From: an uncultured Clostridia bacterium
GTDB lineage: Bacteria > Bacillota > Clostridia > TANB77 > CAG-508
NCBI GenBank assembly: GCA_947630155.1
Contig: CANRGM010000002.1
Location: forward strand, 1-44,003
Direction of reading: 5' to 3'
Length of the DNA stretch: 44,003 nucleotides
Shown here: piece by piece, positions 1 through 9,066 of the stretch
Numbering within the stretch: position 1 is the stretch's first letter
How the letters are laid out: each line of letters opens with the position of its first letter
The notes under the pieces: generated by a model
Seen by the model: the letters and a program-made list of their open reading frames with translations, nothing else
Databases searched by the model: none
What the model was told of the DNA's origin: nothing
Program-made: the position numbers and the translations under genes

Positions 1-733
1 TAAGGAAAAAATTAATTTTGAAAATGTTGTTGGATTAAATCAAACTACAAATGACAATTATTCTATTGCTATAACAGGAGATGATACATATAAAATTCTA
101 GATAATCAAAAAAATGAAATTAAAGAAAATGAGTATGAATATTTGAATTATATAGATGGAGATTATTTTATAGCATGTAATAATCAAAAATATGGAGTTG
201 TAGATATTAATGGTCAACAAATAGTTGAATTCAAGTACGATTTTATTGAAAAAATAGGAAATACAAAATTGTTACAAGCATTGGTACTTCAAGAAAATAA
301 AACTGATTTGATATTAGAAAATAAGGTAATATCAAGTATGATAAATTGTGATATATACCTTGAAGACAATTATCTAATTCAGAGATCAAGTTCTGATTTA
401 AAATATATAGGAATTGATGGAACTATATTAAAGAATACGCAGATTTTGAATAATGAACTTTATGCATCTAAACAAGGCGAAAAATGGGGATTTGTTAATA
501 AAAATGAAGAAACAATTGTAAAGGCAGATTATGATTTTGTAACAGAATTCGATGAATATGGTTATGCAGGAATAAAAAAAGACGGAAAATGGGGAGTTAT
601 TAATCTAAATGGAAATGTAGTGATTGAGCCAACATATACAATTGATTGGAACAGTCCAAAGTTTATTGGAAAATATTATGAATATGATACTGGGTACAAT
701 GAACCATATTATATATGTAATGATATTTTATAA
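1..733 (+). CDS. WG-repeat (KWG-type) protein, 5'-truncated by window edge
   Basis: Frame is open from position 2; repeated KYGVVD/KWGFVN/KWGVIN motifs. Confidence 0.8.
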   Translation, partial: KEKINFENVVGLNQTTNDNYSIAITGDDTYKILDNQKNEIKENEYEYLNYIDGDYFIACNNQKYGVVDINGQQIVEFKYDFIEKIGNTKLLQALVLQENKTDLILENKVISSMINCDIYLEDNYLIQRSSSDLKYIGIDGTILKNTQILNNELYASKQGEKWGFVNKNEETIVKADYDFVTEFDEYGYAGIKKDGKWGVINLNGNVVIEPTYTIDWNSPKFIGKYYEYDTGYNEPYYICNDIL

Positions 734-790
734 AAGGTTTATAGGTAGAGCCATTTTTAAAACCTAAATAATTTAGATAGGGAGATTAAA

Positions 791-2038
791 ATGTATAAAA
801 AATTAGGAATTAGTGAAAAAGTATTAGAGTTATCAAAAAAAGTAGAATTAGATATAGAAGATGAATTCAAAAAAATAGATGAAATATGTGAGTATAACAC
901 AGCTAAGGTATTACATGCATTTCAAAAATATAATATATCTGATATGCATTTTGGAACTACAACAGGATATGGTTATGGAGATATAGGAAGAGATACAACA
1001 GAAAAAGTATTCGCAGAAGTTTTGGATGCAGAAGATTGTTTGGTAAGAAATCAATTTATATCTGGAAGTCATGCATTAACAGTAGCATTATTCGCATTTT
1101 TAAGGCCAGGGGACACAATGCTTAGTATAAGTGGTAAGCCATATGATACTTTAGATAAAGTTATTGGAATAGAGGAGAATAATAGCTCTTTAAAATCATT
1201 TGGTGTTAAATATGAACAAATAGATATGATTGAAAATGATTTTGATTATGAAAAAATCAAGGAAAGAGTATTACAAGGAAATGTAAAACTTATTGAAATA
1301 CAGCGCTCAAGAGGATATGCTACCAGAAAAAGCATAACATTAGATAAATTAGAAAAAGTTATAAAGTTGATAAAAGAAAACAATAAAGATGTCATAATAA
1401 TGGTAGATAATTGTTATGGAGAATTTGTTGAAAAATATGAACCAACTTCTATAGGTGCAGATGTTATTGTTGGATCATTAATAAAAAATCTTGGGGGCGG
1501 AATTGCTACAAATGGGGCATATATTGCCGGAAAGGCTGACTTAGTAGAACTTGCTGCAGAGAGATTAACAGTGCCAGGTCAAGGGAAAGAAGTTGGACCA
1601 AGTCAGGGAATGAATAAATATATTTTACAAGGTTTATTTATGGCACCAAGTGTTGTAAGAAGTAGTTTAAAAACTGCAGTTTTTGCAAGTAAAATATTGG
1701 AAGATTTAGGATATAATCCTGTTCCAAAATTTAATGAAAAAAGATCAGATATAGTTCAGACTATTGAGTTTGGAAGTGCAGATAAGGTTATTAAATATTG
1801 CCAAGGAATACAGATGGGTTCTCCTATAGATTCTAATTCTGTACCAGAACCTTGGGATATGCCTGGATATACTGACAAAGTAATAATGGCTGCTGGTGCA
1901 TTTACACAAGGTTCATCAATTGAATTATCTTGTGATGCACCCATTCGTCCACCATATATAGCATTTATGCAAGGTGGCTTAACATATGAGTATGGTAAAC
2001 TAGGCGTGATGAGAGCAATATCAAACTTAGAAGATTAA
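791..2038 (+). CDS. Methionine gamma-lyase family / YnbB-like PLP-dependent protein
   Basis: GYGYGDIGRD, VDNCYGEF, GSLIKNLGGG, AAGAFTQGSSIELS motifs. Confidence 0.9.
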   Translation: MYKKLGISEKVLELSKKVELDIEDEFKKIDEICEYNTAKVLHAFQKYNISDMHFGTTTGYGYGDIGRDTTEKVFAEVLDAEDCLVRNQFISGSHALTVALFAFLRPGDTMLSISGKPYDTLDKVIGIEENNSSLKSFGVKYEQIDMIENDFDYEKIKERVLQGNVKLIEIQRSRGYATRKSITLDKLEKVIKLIKENNKDVIIMVDNCYGEFVEKYEPTSIGADVIVGSLIKNLGGGIATNGAYIAGKADLVELAAERLTVPGQGKEVGPSQGMNKYILQGLFMAPSVVRSSLKTAVFASKILEDLGYNPVPKFNEKRSDIVQTIEFGSADKVIKYCQGIQMGSPIDSNSVPEPWDMPGYTDKVIMAAGAFTQGSSIELSCDAPIRPPYIAFMQGGLTYEYGKLGVMRAISNLED

Positions 2039-2091
2039 GTGGTTTATAAGTCCGTATAAAACTTAAATATTATAAATGGAGAATTGAAAAA

Positions 2092-3474
2092 TTGAAGGTT
2101 GTAATTATAGGTGGAGGACCTGCAGGAATGATGGCTGGAATTTCTTCTGCTAGAAATGGTAATGAAGTTGTAATTTTAGAAAAGATGAATATGCTAGGTA
2201 GAAAATTGCTAATTACAGGAAAAGGTAGATGTAATATAACTAGTAGTTTAGATATTTCTGAGTTTATTCAAAATATACCAGGAAATGGAAGATTTTTATA
2301 TAGCTGTTTTGAAAGATTTACAAATAAAGATATAATAGAGTTTTTGGAAAAACACAAGGTTAAAGTAAAAGAAGAAAGAGGTAATAGAATCTTTCCTGTA
2401 AGTGATAAATCCATGGATGTATTGAATGCTTTTGTAGAAGAATTAAAAAGTTTAAATGTTAAAGTTGTAACTAATGCAAAGGTTGAAAAAATACTAGCTG
2501 AATATTCAGAGACAGACAAAAATGAAAAATCAGACTCACAGGAATCTTTTACAACAGAAAATAAGAAATTGACTACAAAAAAAGTAATAGGTGTAGAATA
2601 TATAAAAAATGGAAATAAGTTAGTAGAAAAAGCTGAGAAAGTAATTTTAGCTACAGGTGGAAATAGCTACCAAGCAACAGGTTCCACCGGTGATGGTTAT
2701 AAAATTGCTAAAGAATTAGGACATACTATAACTAAGATTGTACCATCATTAGTTCCAATGGTAGCTAACAATGTAAAAGAAATAGAAAAAAATAATCAAG
2801 TTATATATAATAGTCAATATGCATGTTCTCAAAGATTATGTAAAGATTTACAAGGCTTAAGTTTAAGGAATGTTGAAATCAAATTTATTGATGTAGATAA
2901 AAATAAGACTATATATGAAGATTTTGGAGAAATGGTATTTACTCATTTTGGTATATCTGGTCCAACTATATTAAGTGGAACTGCACATTTATTAAGATAT
3001 AAAAATGTGGAAGAATTATTGAAAAATGGAAAGATAATCTTAAAGATTGATCTAAAGCCTGCATTAAATGAGGAAAAATTGGATTTGAGAATTTTGAGAG
3101 ATTTTGAAAAAGATAAAAACAAAAATTTCAAAAATAGCTTAAATGAGTTATTACCTCAGAAATTAATAAAACCAGTTATATATTTGTCAGGAATTGATGA
3201 GAATAAAAAAGTAAATATGATTACAAAAAATGAAAGATTAAATTTAGTAAAAATATTGAAAAATTTTTCAGTAGTAGTTACTGATTATAGTTCTATCAAT
3301 GATGCAATAATTACTTCTGGTGGAGTTAGCATTAAGGAAATTAATCCTAAAACCATGGAATCAAAGTTAGTAGAAGGATTATATTTTGCTGGTGAGATAA
3401 TTGATGTAGACGCATATACTGGTGGATTTAACTTACAAATAGCGTATTCAACTGGATATGTGGCAGGAGAATAA
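2092..3474 (+). CDS. HI0933/BaiN-family NAD(P)/FAD-dependent oxidoreductase
   Basis: GGGPAG, TGKGRCNIT, FTHFGISGP, GGFNLQIAYSTG motifs; TTG start after GGAG. Confidence 0.92.
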   Translation: MKVVIIGGGPAGMMAGISSARNGNEVVILEKMNMLGRKLLITGKGRCNITSSLDISEFIQNIPGNGRFLYSCFERFTNKDIIEFLEKHKVKVKEERGNRIFPVSDKSMDVLNAFVEELKSLNVKVVTNAKVEKILAEYSETDKNEKSDSQESFTTENKKLTTKKVIGVEYIKNGNKLVEKAEKVILATGGNSYQATGSTGDGYKIAKELGHTITKIVPSLVPMVANNVKEIEKNNQVIYNSQYACSQRLCKDLQGLSLRNVEIKFIDVDKNKTIYEDFGEMVFTHFGISGPTILSGTAHLLRYKNVEELLKNGKIILKIDLKPALNEEKLDLRILRDFEKDKNKNFKNSLNELLPQKLIKPVIYLSGIDENKKVNMITKNERLNLVKILKNFSVVVTDYSSINDAIITSGGVSIKEINPKTMESKLVEGLYFAGEIIDVDAYTGGFNLQIAYSTGYVAGE

Positions 3475-3533
3475 TGTGTGAAAGTGATAAATTCTACAAT
3501 AATATTTAAGTTTTATAATAAAGGAGAAAATGT

Positions 3534-4163
3534 ATGTTTTTAACAATTCAAGAAGAAAGATTAGAAGAAGAAATTGTGGAAAAAAAATCAAAATTTATCG
3601 GAACTTTATTTTATGTTCAAAAAGAAGATGATGCACAAGAAATAATAAAACAAATAAAAAAACAGTATCATGATGCTAGACATAATTGTTTTGCATATAG
3701 AATAATGACTGAAAATGGTGTTGTAGAAAGATTTAGTGATGATGGTGAACCAAGTGGAACAGCAGGTGGACCAATGTTGAATATTTTGAGCAAAAATAAT
3801 TTATGTAATGTTTTAATTATTGTAACAAGATATTTTGGAGGAATTTTGCTTGGAACAGGTGGTTTGGTAAGAGCATATTCTGAAGCAACAACCAAAGTTA
3901 TAAATACTGCAAGTATAGCAAACGAGACTATAGGTATGGAATTAGAAGTTGAGATTGAATATACTCAATTAGAATTACTTAAATATTATTGTAAGAAAAA
4001 TAATATAAATATAGTAAATATTATATATGAAAATAATATAAAGTGTTATTTAGAGGTTACAGATGAGGAGTTAAAAGATTTCTTAGATAAAAATAAGAAT
4101 GATTGTAATATTTTAGAATATAAAATTATTATGAGAAAAAATATAAGGAAAACGCTAGTTTAA
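3534..4163 (+). CDS. YigZ/IMPACT family protein
   Basis: KKSKF, HNCFAY, SDDGEPSGTAG, VTRYFGGILLGTGGLVRAY. Confidence 0.93.
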   Translation: MFLTIQEERLEEEIVEKKSKFIGTLFYVQKEDDAQEIIKQIKKQYHDARHNCFAYRIMTENGVVERFSDDGEPSGTAGGPMLNILSKNNLCNVLIIVTRYFGGILLGTGGLVRAYSEATTKVINTASIANETIGMELEVEIEYTQLELLKYYCKKNNINIVNIIYENNIKCYLEVTDEELKDFLDKNKNDCNILEYKIIMRKNIRKTLV

Positions 4164-4248
4164 CAACAAAAATGAACATCAAAAATATTAATAAAAATAC
4201 ATCAGATGGAAAAAATTTACAATTATTGGAAAAAATTTCCAAAAACTA

Positions 4249-4277
4249 TTGCAAAATTTTTATACAAAGAATATAAT
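4249..4277 (+). promoter_or_regulatory. SigA-type promoter of spo0A
   Basis: TTGCAA-17 nt-TATAAT. Confidence 0.6.
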
Positions 4278-4334
4278 ATGAATTGTAAAATTTTTCCAAT
4301 TTTACAAAAATATTTAAACAGGAGGATGAAAAAG

Positions 4335-5153
4335 GTGGATAATAAAATAACAGTATTAATAGCAGATGATAATCATGATTTTGCTATGACATTATTACAA
4401 GCATTAAAAGAAGAAAAAGATTTAGAAGTAGTAGGTGTAGCAAAAGACGGAAAAGAAGCATCTGAATTAATATCAATTACAAAACCAGATATAGCAATAT
4501 TAGATGTTATAATGCCACATTTAGATGGACTAGGTGTATTAGAAAAAATAAACGAATCACAAATGGAAAAGAAACCAATGTGTATAATGTTATCAGCAGT
4601 AGGACAAGAAAAAATAACACAAAAGGCAATAGATTTAGGAGCACAATATTACATAATTAAACCATTCGAAATAAATGTATTAATAAAAAGAATAAAAGAA
4701 ATAAAAGCAGTTCAACCAATGGGAAACAAAGTAAGTTTTATGAGTAAAGAAATTAGAGCACCTTACATAGAGATACAACAGGAAAAAAGAAATTCATCAG
4801 ATAATTTGGAGGCGTTAGTTACAAACATAATTCATGAAGTTGGAGTACCAGCACATATTAAAGGATATCAATATTTGAGAGAAGCTATAATGATGGTTGT
4901 AAATGATATTGATGTAATTAATCAAATTACAAAACAATTATATCCAGAAATAGCTAATAAGTACCACACAACTCCAAGTCGTGTTGAACGTGCGATTCGT
5001 CATGCCATAGAGGTTGCATGGGCACGTGGACAGATTGATACAGTAGAAAGTATATTTGGATATACAGTTTCAACAACTAAAGGAAAACCTACTAATTCTG
5101 AGTTTATTGCTATGATAGCAGATAAGTTAAGATTAGAAATGAAGACAGCATAA
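4335..5153 (+). CDS. spo0A: Sporulation master regulator Spo0A
   Basis: Receiver domain [11 protein letters not shown] plus [13 protein letters not shown] and [15 protein letters not shown]; likely start is GTG 4335 after AGGAGG (4320-4325), not 4206. Confidence 0.97.
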   Translation: MDNKITVLIADDNHDFAMTLLQALKEEKDLEVVGVAKDGKEASELISITKPDIAILDVIMPHLDGLGVLEKINESQMEKKPMCIMLSAVGQEKITQKAIDLGAQYYIIKPFEINVLIKRIKEIKAVQPMGNKVSFMSKEIRAPYIEIQQEKRNSSDNLEALVTNIIHEVGVPAHIKGYQYLREAIMMVVNDIDVINQITKQLYPEIANKYHTTPSRVERAIRHAIEVAWARGQIDTVESIFGYTVSTTKGKPTNSEFIAMIADKLRLEMKTA

Positions 5154-5194
5154 ATAATTAAAAGACCATAAATCTTTATGGTCTTTTAATTATT
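5153..5194 (+). terminator. Intrinsic terminator after spo0A
   Basis: 20-bp inverted repeat AATAATTAAAAGACCATAAA / TTTATGGTCTTTTAATTATT. Confidence 0.75.
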
Positions 5195-5288
5195 TTATGA
5201 AATAAAATTTTTTAAATTTATATATCATAGAATAAAAAGCAAAAAATAGCATACTCTACAATAATAAGTTACAAATTGTGGAGGAATT

Positions 5289-5849
5289 ATGTATAGCAAT
5301 AGTGTACAATATAAAAGATTCGTATGGGAGTTGAATAACATTATCAATTTAAGTAGTGGTGAAAGAAATATAGTTTTTCTTTGTTTGGGAACAACAACAA
5401 TTATAGGAGATTCTTTTGGACCAATTGTGGGGACTTTGTTAAAGAAAAAATTTGAGAAAAGTAATACAGTAAAAATTATGGGTGATTTGAAAGATGCGAT
5501 GACATACTCTAAAATAGAAGAAAATATTGATTATATAAAAGAAAAATATTCGAATAGTTTAATAGTAGTATTGGATGCAGCGTTGTCGGACAAACACGAT
5601 ATAGGAAAAATTTTTATTCAAAATAGAGGATTGAGATATGCAGAATCTTTACACAAACAGAATAATTTTCTTGGGAATATTAGTATAAAGGCAGTTGTTG
5701 GTGAAGATATGAATAATAATATACAAAATTTTAAAACTTTAAAGAATGTATCATTTGAACAGGTAAAATCAATGTCTGATATTGTTTCAAAAGGTATTAT
5801 TGATGTTATGAATAAAAAAGAAAATAATGGAAAAAATATCTGTAAATAG
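5289..5849 (+). CDS. yyaC: YyaC/DUF1256 spore protease-like protein
   Basis: FLCLGT..IGDSFGPIVG and VLDAAL motifs; SigE-like -10 CATACTCT upstream. Confidence 0.8.
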   Translation: MYSNSVQYKRFVWELNNIINLSSGERNIVFLCLGTTTIIGDSFGPIVGTLLKKKFEKSNTVKIMGDLKDAMTYSKIEENIDYIKEKYSNSLIVVLDAALSDKHDIGKIFIQNRGLRYAESLHKQNNFLGNISIKAVVGEDMNNNIQNFKTLKNVSFEQVKSMSDIVSKGIIDVMNKKENNGKNICK

Positions 5850-5944
5850 TTTCTAATAATTTGAGGAAAGGGGAATATAGTTATTTAATAAGGCATTAGT
5901 GCTAGACAAAAAAATGTATTAAATAAGCTATATAATTAAAATTT

Positions 5945-6295
5945 ATGGATATTAATAAAATGAGAAATATTGTTATTTTAAAGAATTTACCCTCTAATAT
6001 TGTTGAAGAGGCATTTGTTATATTGAAAAAAAATCAGAAGATAAAGAAATTGGAATATGCAGATAGTAAATCTGATAATTTCTCGGAGAACATTGAAAGA
6101 AATGATGAGGATGAGTATGTTGTAAAAGAAGCTGAATTATTAATATCCAATTATATAAATGAATTAGAAAATCAGGATTTATCAGGTAAGAAGGCAAGTT
6201 CTGATTTAGCTAGAAAATATAAGAATTTAAAAAGATTTGCGATTTTTTTAGGGTGTGTTGTATCAATAAGTTTTTTATATATTGTTAGTTTGTAG
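5945..6295 (+). CDS. Hypothetical protein with C-terminal TM helix
   Basis: ORF with LKNLPSNIVEEAFVILK N-terminus and hydrophobic C-terminus. Confidence 0.75.
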   Translation: MDINKMRNIVILKNLPSNIVEEAFVILKKNQKIKKLEYADSKSDNFSENIERNDEDEYVVKEAELLISNYINELENQDLSGKKASSDLARKYKNLKRFAIFLGCVVSISFLYIVSL

Positions 6296-6349
6296 TATAT
6301 TTAATCATAAAAAAATTATTGTGCATAAAACCTACAATGTAACATATAA

Positions 6350-6387
6350 ATTAAAAGACAAGTATTACGTAATACTTGTCTTTTAAT
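6350..6387. repeat. Perfect 38-bp palindrome
   Basis: ATTAAAAGACAAGTATTAC|GTAATACTTGTCTTTTAAT with no loop. Confidence 0.9.
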
Positions 6388-6414
6388 ATTATACAAATAG
6401 GGAGATGGTTGCAT

Positions 6415-7431
6415 ATGGAAAGAGTTATTTCCCCAGAGGAAAGAATTAGAAGGGCAGAGGAAATTTATTATAGAAGAAGAGCACAGGGGATAAGAGTATC
6501 TACAAGCTCAGTAAATGTAGGAAATGGTAATAAAATTTCATTAGGAAGAAAAATGATTATACAAATTCTGATTTGTGTTGTTATATATACTACGTTTTGG
6601 TTAATAAAAGGATATAATAATGTATTTAGCGAAAATGTAATAAATGAAACTAAAAACATATTAAGTTATGATATTAATTTTCAAAATTTGTACAATCAAT
6701 GTATGGAATATTTTAACAAGAATTTTAATAGTATTATAAAAACAGATGATAATCCACAAGATAGTAATAATGCTAATGATGATGGATCAAATCAAAATAA
6801 TTCAGGTAATCAAGATACACAAAATTCTGAGGAAAATGTAAATGCTGAAAATCAACAAGGAACTGAAAGTGATACAAATGAGCAAGGACAAACAGATAAT
6901 AATGATACTAATGAAAATGATAATTCTCAAAATATTTCGGAAGAAAATAACACATCTCAAGGTGAAATAACAGATGGAACAAAAAAAGCTAAAATTGATG
7001 CTGAGAATACAGCACAAATGAATGAAGATGTAGAATACATAAAACAAAATTATAATTTAATACATCCAATTGAAGGAATAGTAACTTCAAGATTTGGAGA
7101 TAGAGATGAAACCGAGATAATATCAGCGTTTCATCAGGGGATAGATCTATCAGGAACAACTGGAACTCCAATTCATGCTGCAATGGAAGGTACTGTTGTT
7201 GCAGCATCATATGCTGGAGGTTATGGAAATCATTTAAAAATTCAAAATGGAGATGTTTTAACAGTGTATGCACATTGTAGTGAATTAGAGGTAGAAGTGG
7301 GTGATTATATTAATCAAAACCAAGAGGTTGCTAAGGTTGGTGCGACAGGAGATGTAACAGGTTCACATTTACACTTTGAAATAAGAAGAGATGGCAGATA
7401 TGTTAATCCAGAATTAATAATGAGTTTTTAA
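6415..7431 (+). CDS. M23 family peptidase, SpoIVFA-like
   Basis: TM helix, acidic N/D/Q linker, HQGID, YAHC, HLHFE motifs; paired with an M50 gene; likely ATG at 6415 after GGGAG. Confidence 0.85.
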   Translation: MERVISPEERIRRAEEIYYRRRAQGIRVSTSSVNVGNGNKISLGRKMIIQILICVVIYTTFWLIKGYNNVFSENVINETKNILSYDINFQNLYNQCMEYFNKNFNSIIKTDDNPQDSNNANDDGSNQNNSGNQDTQNSEENVNAENQQGTESDTNEQGQTDNNDTNENDNSQNISEENNTSQGEITDGTKKAKIDAENTAQMNEDVEYIKQNYNLIHPIEGIVTSRFGDRDETEIISAFHQGIDLSGTTGTPIHAAMEGTVVAASYAGGYGNHLKIQNGDVLTVYAHCSELEVEVGDYINQNQEVAKVGATGDVTGSHLHFEIRRDGRYVNPELIMSF

Positions 7432-7486
7432 AGGATTCAATAATCAAATTTAAATGGAAATTTTAGGGGAAAGGGCAATATGAAAA

Positions 7487-8149
7487 ATGCAAATAAAAAT
7501 AAATCTAAAGATATTTATTTTCATAGTAATTTTCTATATAACAAGGCAAATAGAAATATATGGAATATTAATGCTATTTGCTTTTTTACATGAATTAGGT
7601 CATTTATTTGCTGGTATTTGTTTAGGATTTAAGCCACAATCACTAACTATAAATCCCTTAGGATTGTCCGTAAATTTTAAAGTGAAAGCCAATGATTATA
7701 ATGATAAAGTAAAAAAAGGAAATATATTAGCTATAAAAAAATTAATAATAGCTATTAGTGGTCCATTGGTTAATTTTATGTTAGTAATACTTGTTTCTAT
7801 ATTTGATTTAAAAATATTTGGAATTACACATGAACAACTAGTTTATTCAAATTTATTGATAGGGTTATTTAATATGATACCTATATATCCATTAGATGGG
7901 GGAAGAATTTTAAAAAATGTTTTACATATTACAACTGGTTTAAAAGATACATATAATTATTTGAGTCTTATATCACATATAAGTGTGATAATTCTAACAA
8001 TGTTTGCTAGTATAAGTATATTATATTTAAAAAATATAGCAATTTTATTTATTATAGGATATTTGTGGTATTTGGTAATAACAGAAAATAAATTATATGC
8101 TCAAAAAATGAGAATGTATGAAGTTATAAGTAATTCAAAGGAGTTATAA
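7487..8149 (+). CDS. M50 site-2 protease, SpoIVFB-like
   Basis: HELGH, GPLVN and NMIPIYPLDGGR motifs. Confidence 0.9.
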   Translation: MQIKINLKIFIFIVIFYITRQIEIYGILMLFAFLHELGHLFAGICLGFKPQSLTINPLGLSVNFKVKANDYNDKVKKGNILAIKKLIIAISGPLVNFMLVILVSIFDLKIFGITHEQLVYSNLLIGLFNMIPIYPLDGGRILKNVLHITTGLKDTYNYLSLISHISVIILTMFASISILYLKNIAILFIIGYLWYLVITENKLYAQKMRMYEVISNSKEL

Positions 8150-8165
8150 TATTTAAAGTAACCAA

Positions 8166-8204
8166 ATAAAAAACAGAGAAATTTGGAGTTTCTCTGTTTT
8201 TTAT
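8166..8204. terminator. Bidirectional terminator between convergent genes
   Basis: ATAAAAAACAGAGAAA / TTTCTCTGTTTTTTAT. Confidence 0.75.
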
Positions 8205-8246
8205 CTGGTTATCTATAAATATTATGTAATATCATTTAAAAATTGA

Positions 8247-8723
8247 TTAATCAACATGAGTATGTTCTTTTTCTAATTCAGAAGTACAATGTGGGCATCT
8301 TGTTGCTTTGTAAGAAATTTCTGTATAACAGAAAGGACATAATTTTGTTTCTGGTTCTTTCTCTTCTTCAACTTTTTCTGATTTATGTCTTTTACCAACA
8401 GGAACTTTAGCTGATAATTTTTCTAGTTGCTCTTTACTTTTTCTATTTGCTGTGTTAACTAATTTTATCATTAAGAATAAGATGAAAGCAACTATTAAAA
8501 AGTTGATAACTGCAGTGATAAATGAACCATAATCTAAGGCTTGGTCATTCCATAGTGGGATAGTTCCTTTTACATCAGCGCCACCGATTAGGCCTAGTAG
8601 TGGTTTTATGAAGGAATCTGTAAATGCAGTAACTATGTCGGCGAAGGCACCTCCGATTATGACACCAATTGCTAGGTCCATTACATTACCTTTTGAGATA
8701 AATTCTTTGAATTCTTTGAACAT
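8247..8723 (-). CDS. mscL: Large-conductance mechanosensitive channel with C-terminal CxxC..CxxC zinc ribbon
   Basis: [23 protein letters not shown]; [13 protein letters not shown]; CPFC..CPHC. Confidence 0.95.
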   Translation of the reverse strand: MFKEFKEFISKGNVMDLAIGVIIGGAFADIVTAFTDSFIKPLLGLIGGADVKGTIPLWNDQALDYGSFITAVINFLIVAFILFLMIKLVNTANRKSKEQLEKLSAKVPVGKRHKSEKVEEEKEPETKLCPFCYTEISYKATRCPHCTSELEKEHTHVD

Positions 8724-8822
8724 AAAATTTCCTCCTTATAAGTTTTCGTATAGTTTTAATATACAGTAAAATGCGAAATTTGTCAAATTTTTGGGGGTGG
8801 GGAGGTGCTTTTTTGGGGGGCC

Positions 8823-8981
8823 GTCCAATTTACTAATTATGTAACACCATTAAATATATTAACATTCCGTTCGTTTGCTGGCGTGGGGATTTGGGAGGAA
8901 GACGTGGGGTGGGGGCGCCAAACTGCGCACTCCACTTCATGTTAATATATTTAATGGTGTTACATAATTAGTAAATTGGAC
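8823..8981. repeat. 159-bp hairpin element, copy 1 (non-autonomous element or structured RNA)
   Basis: Perfect 43-bp arms 8823-8865 and 8939-8981 around a 73-nt G-rich core; second copy at 43685. Confidence 0.9.
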
Positions 8982-9066
8982 TACTCTACTGTTGGGGGGT
9001 GGAGAGTAACTAAGGGGGAAGAAAAAAATGTTAATAAAAGTGTGATTTGTAGAATAAATATTAAAT

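Noticed and set aside
1102-1104. AGG as an analogous frameshift codon
   Set aside because: In-frame AGG occurs in intact genes here (for example FLRPG) and reads as Arg with no frame break.
4206-4334. N-terminal extension of Spo0A (also the ORF-track starts at 6376, 28304, 28842, 41435)
   Set aside because: The extensions overlap promoters or upstream genes; good RBSs point to later starts.
8265-8345. Zinc ribbon on MscL as a novelty
   Set aside because: C-terminal CxxC..CxxC extensions on MscL are common in Firmicutes.
8823-8981. Hairpin element as tRNA, retron msr-msd, DGR template repeat or simple terminator
   Set aside because: No cloverleaf, no reverse transcriptase or TR/VR pair in the window; copy 1 lies between divergent genes and the stem has no U tract.
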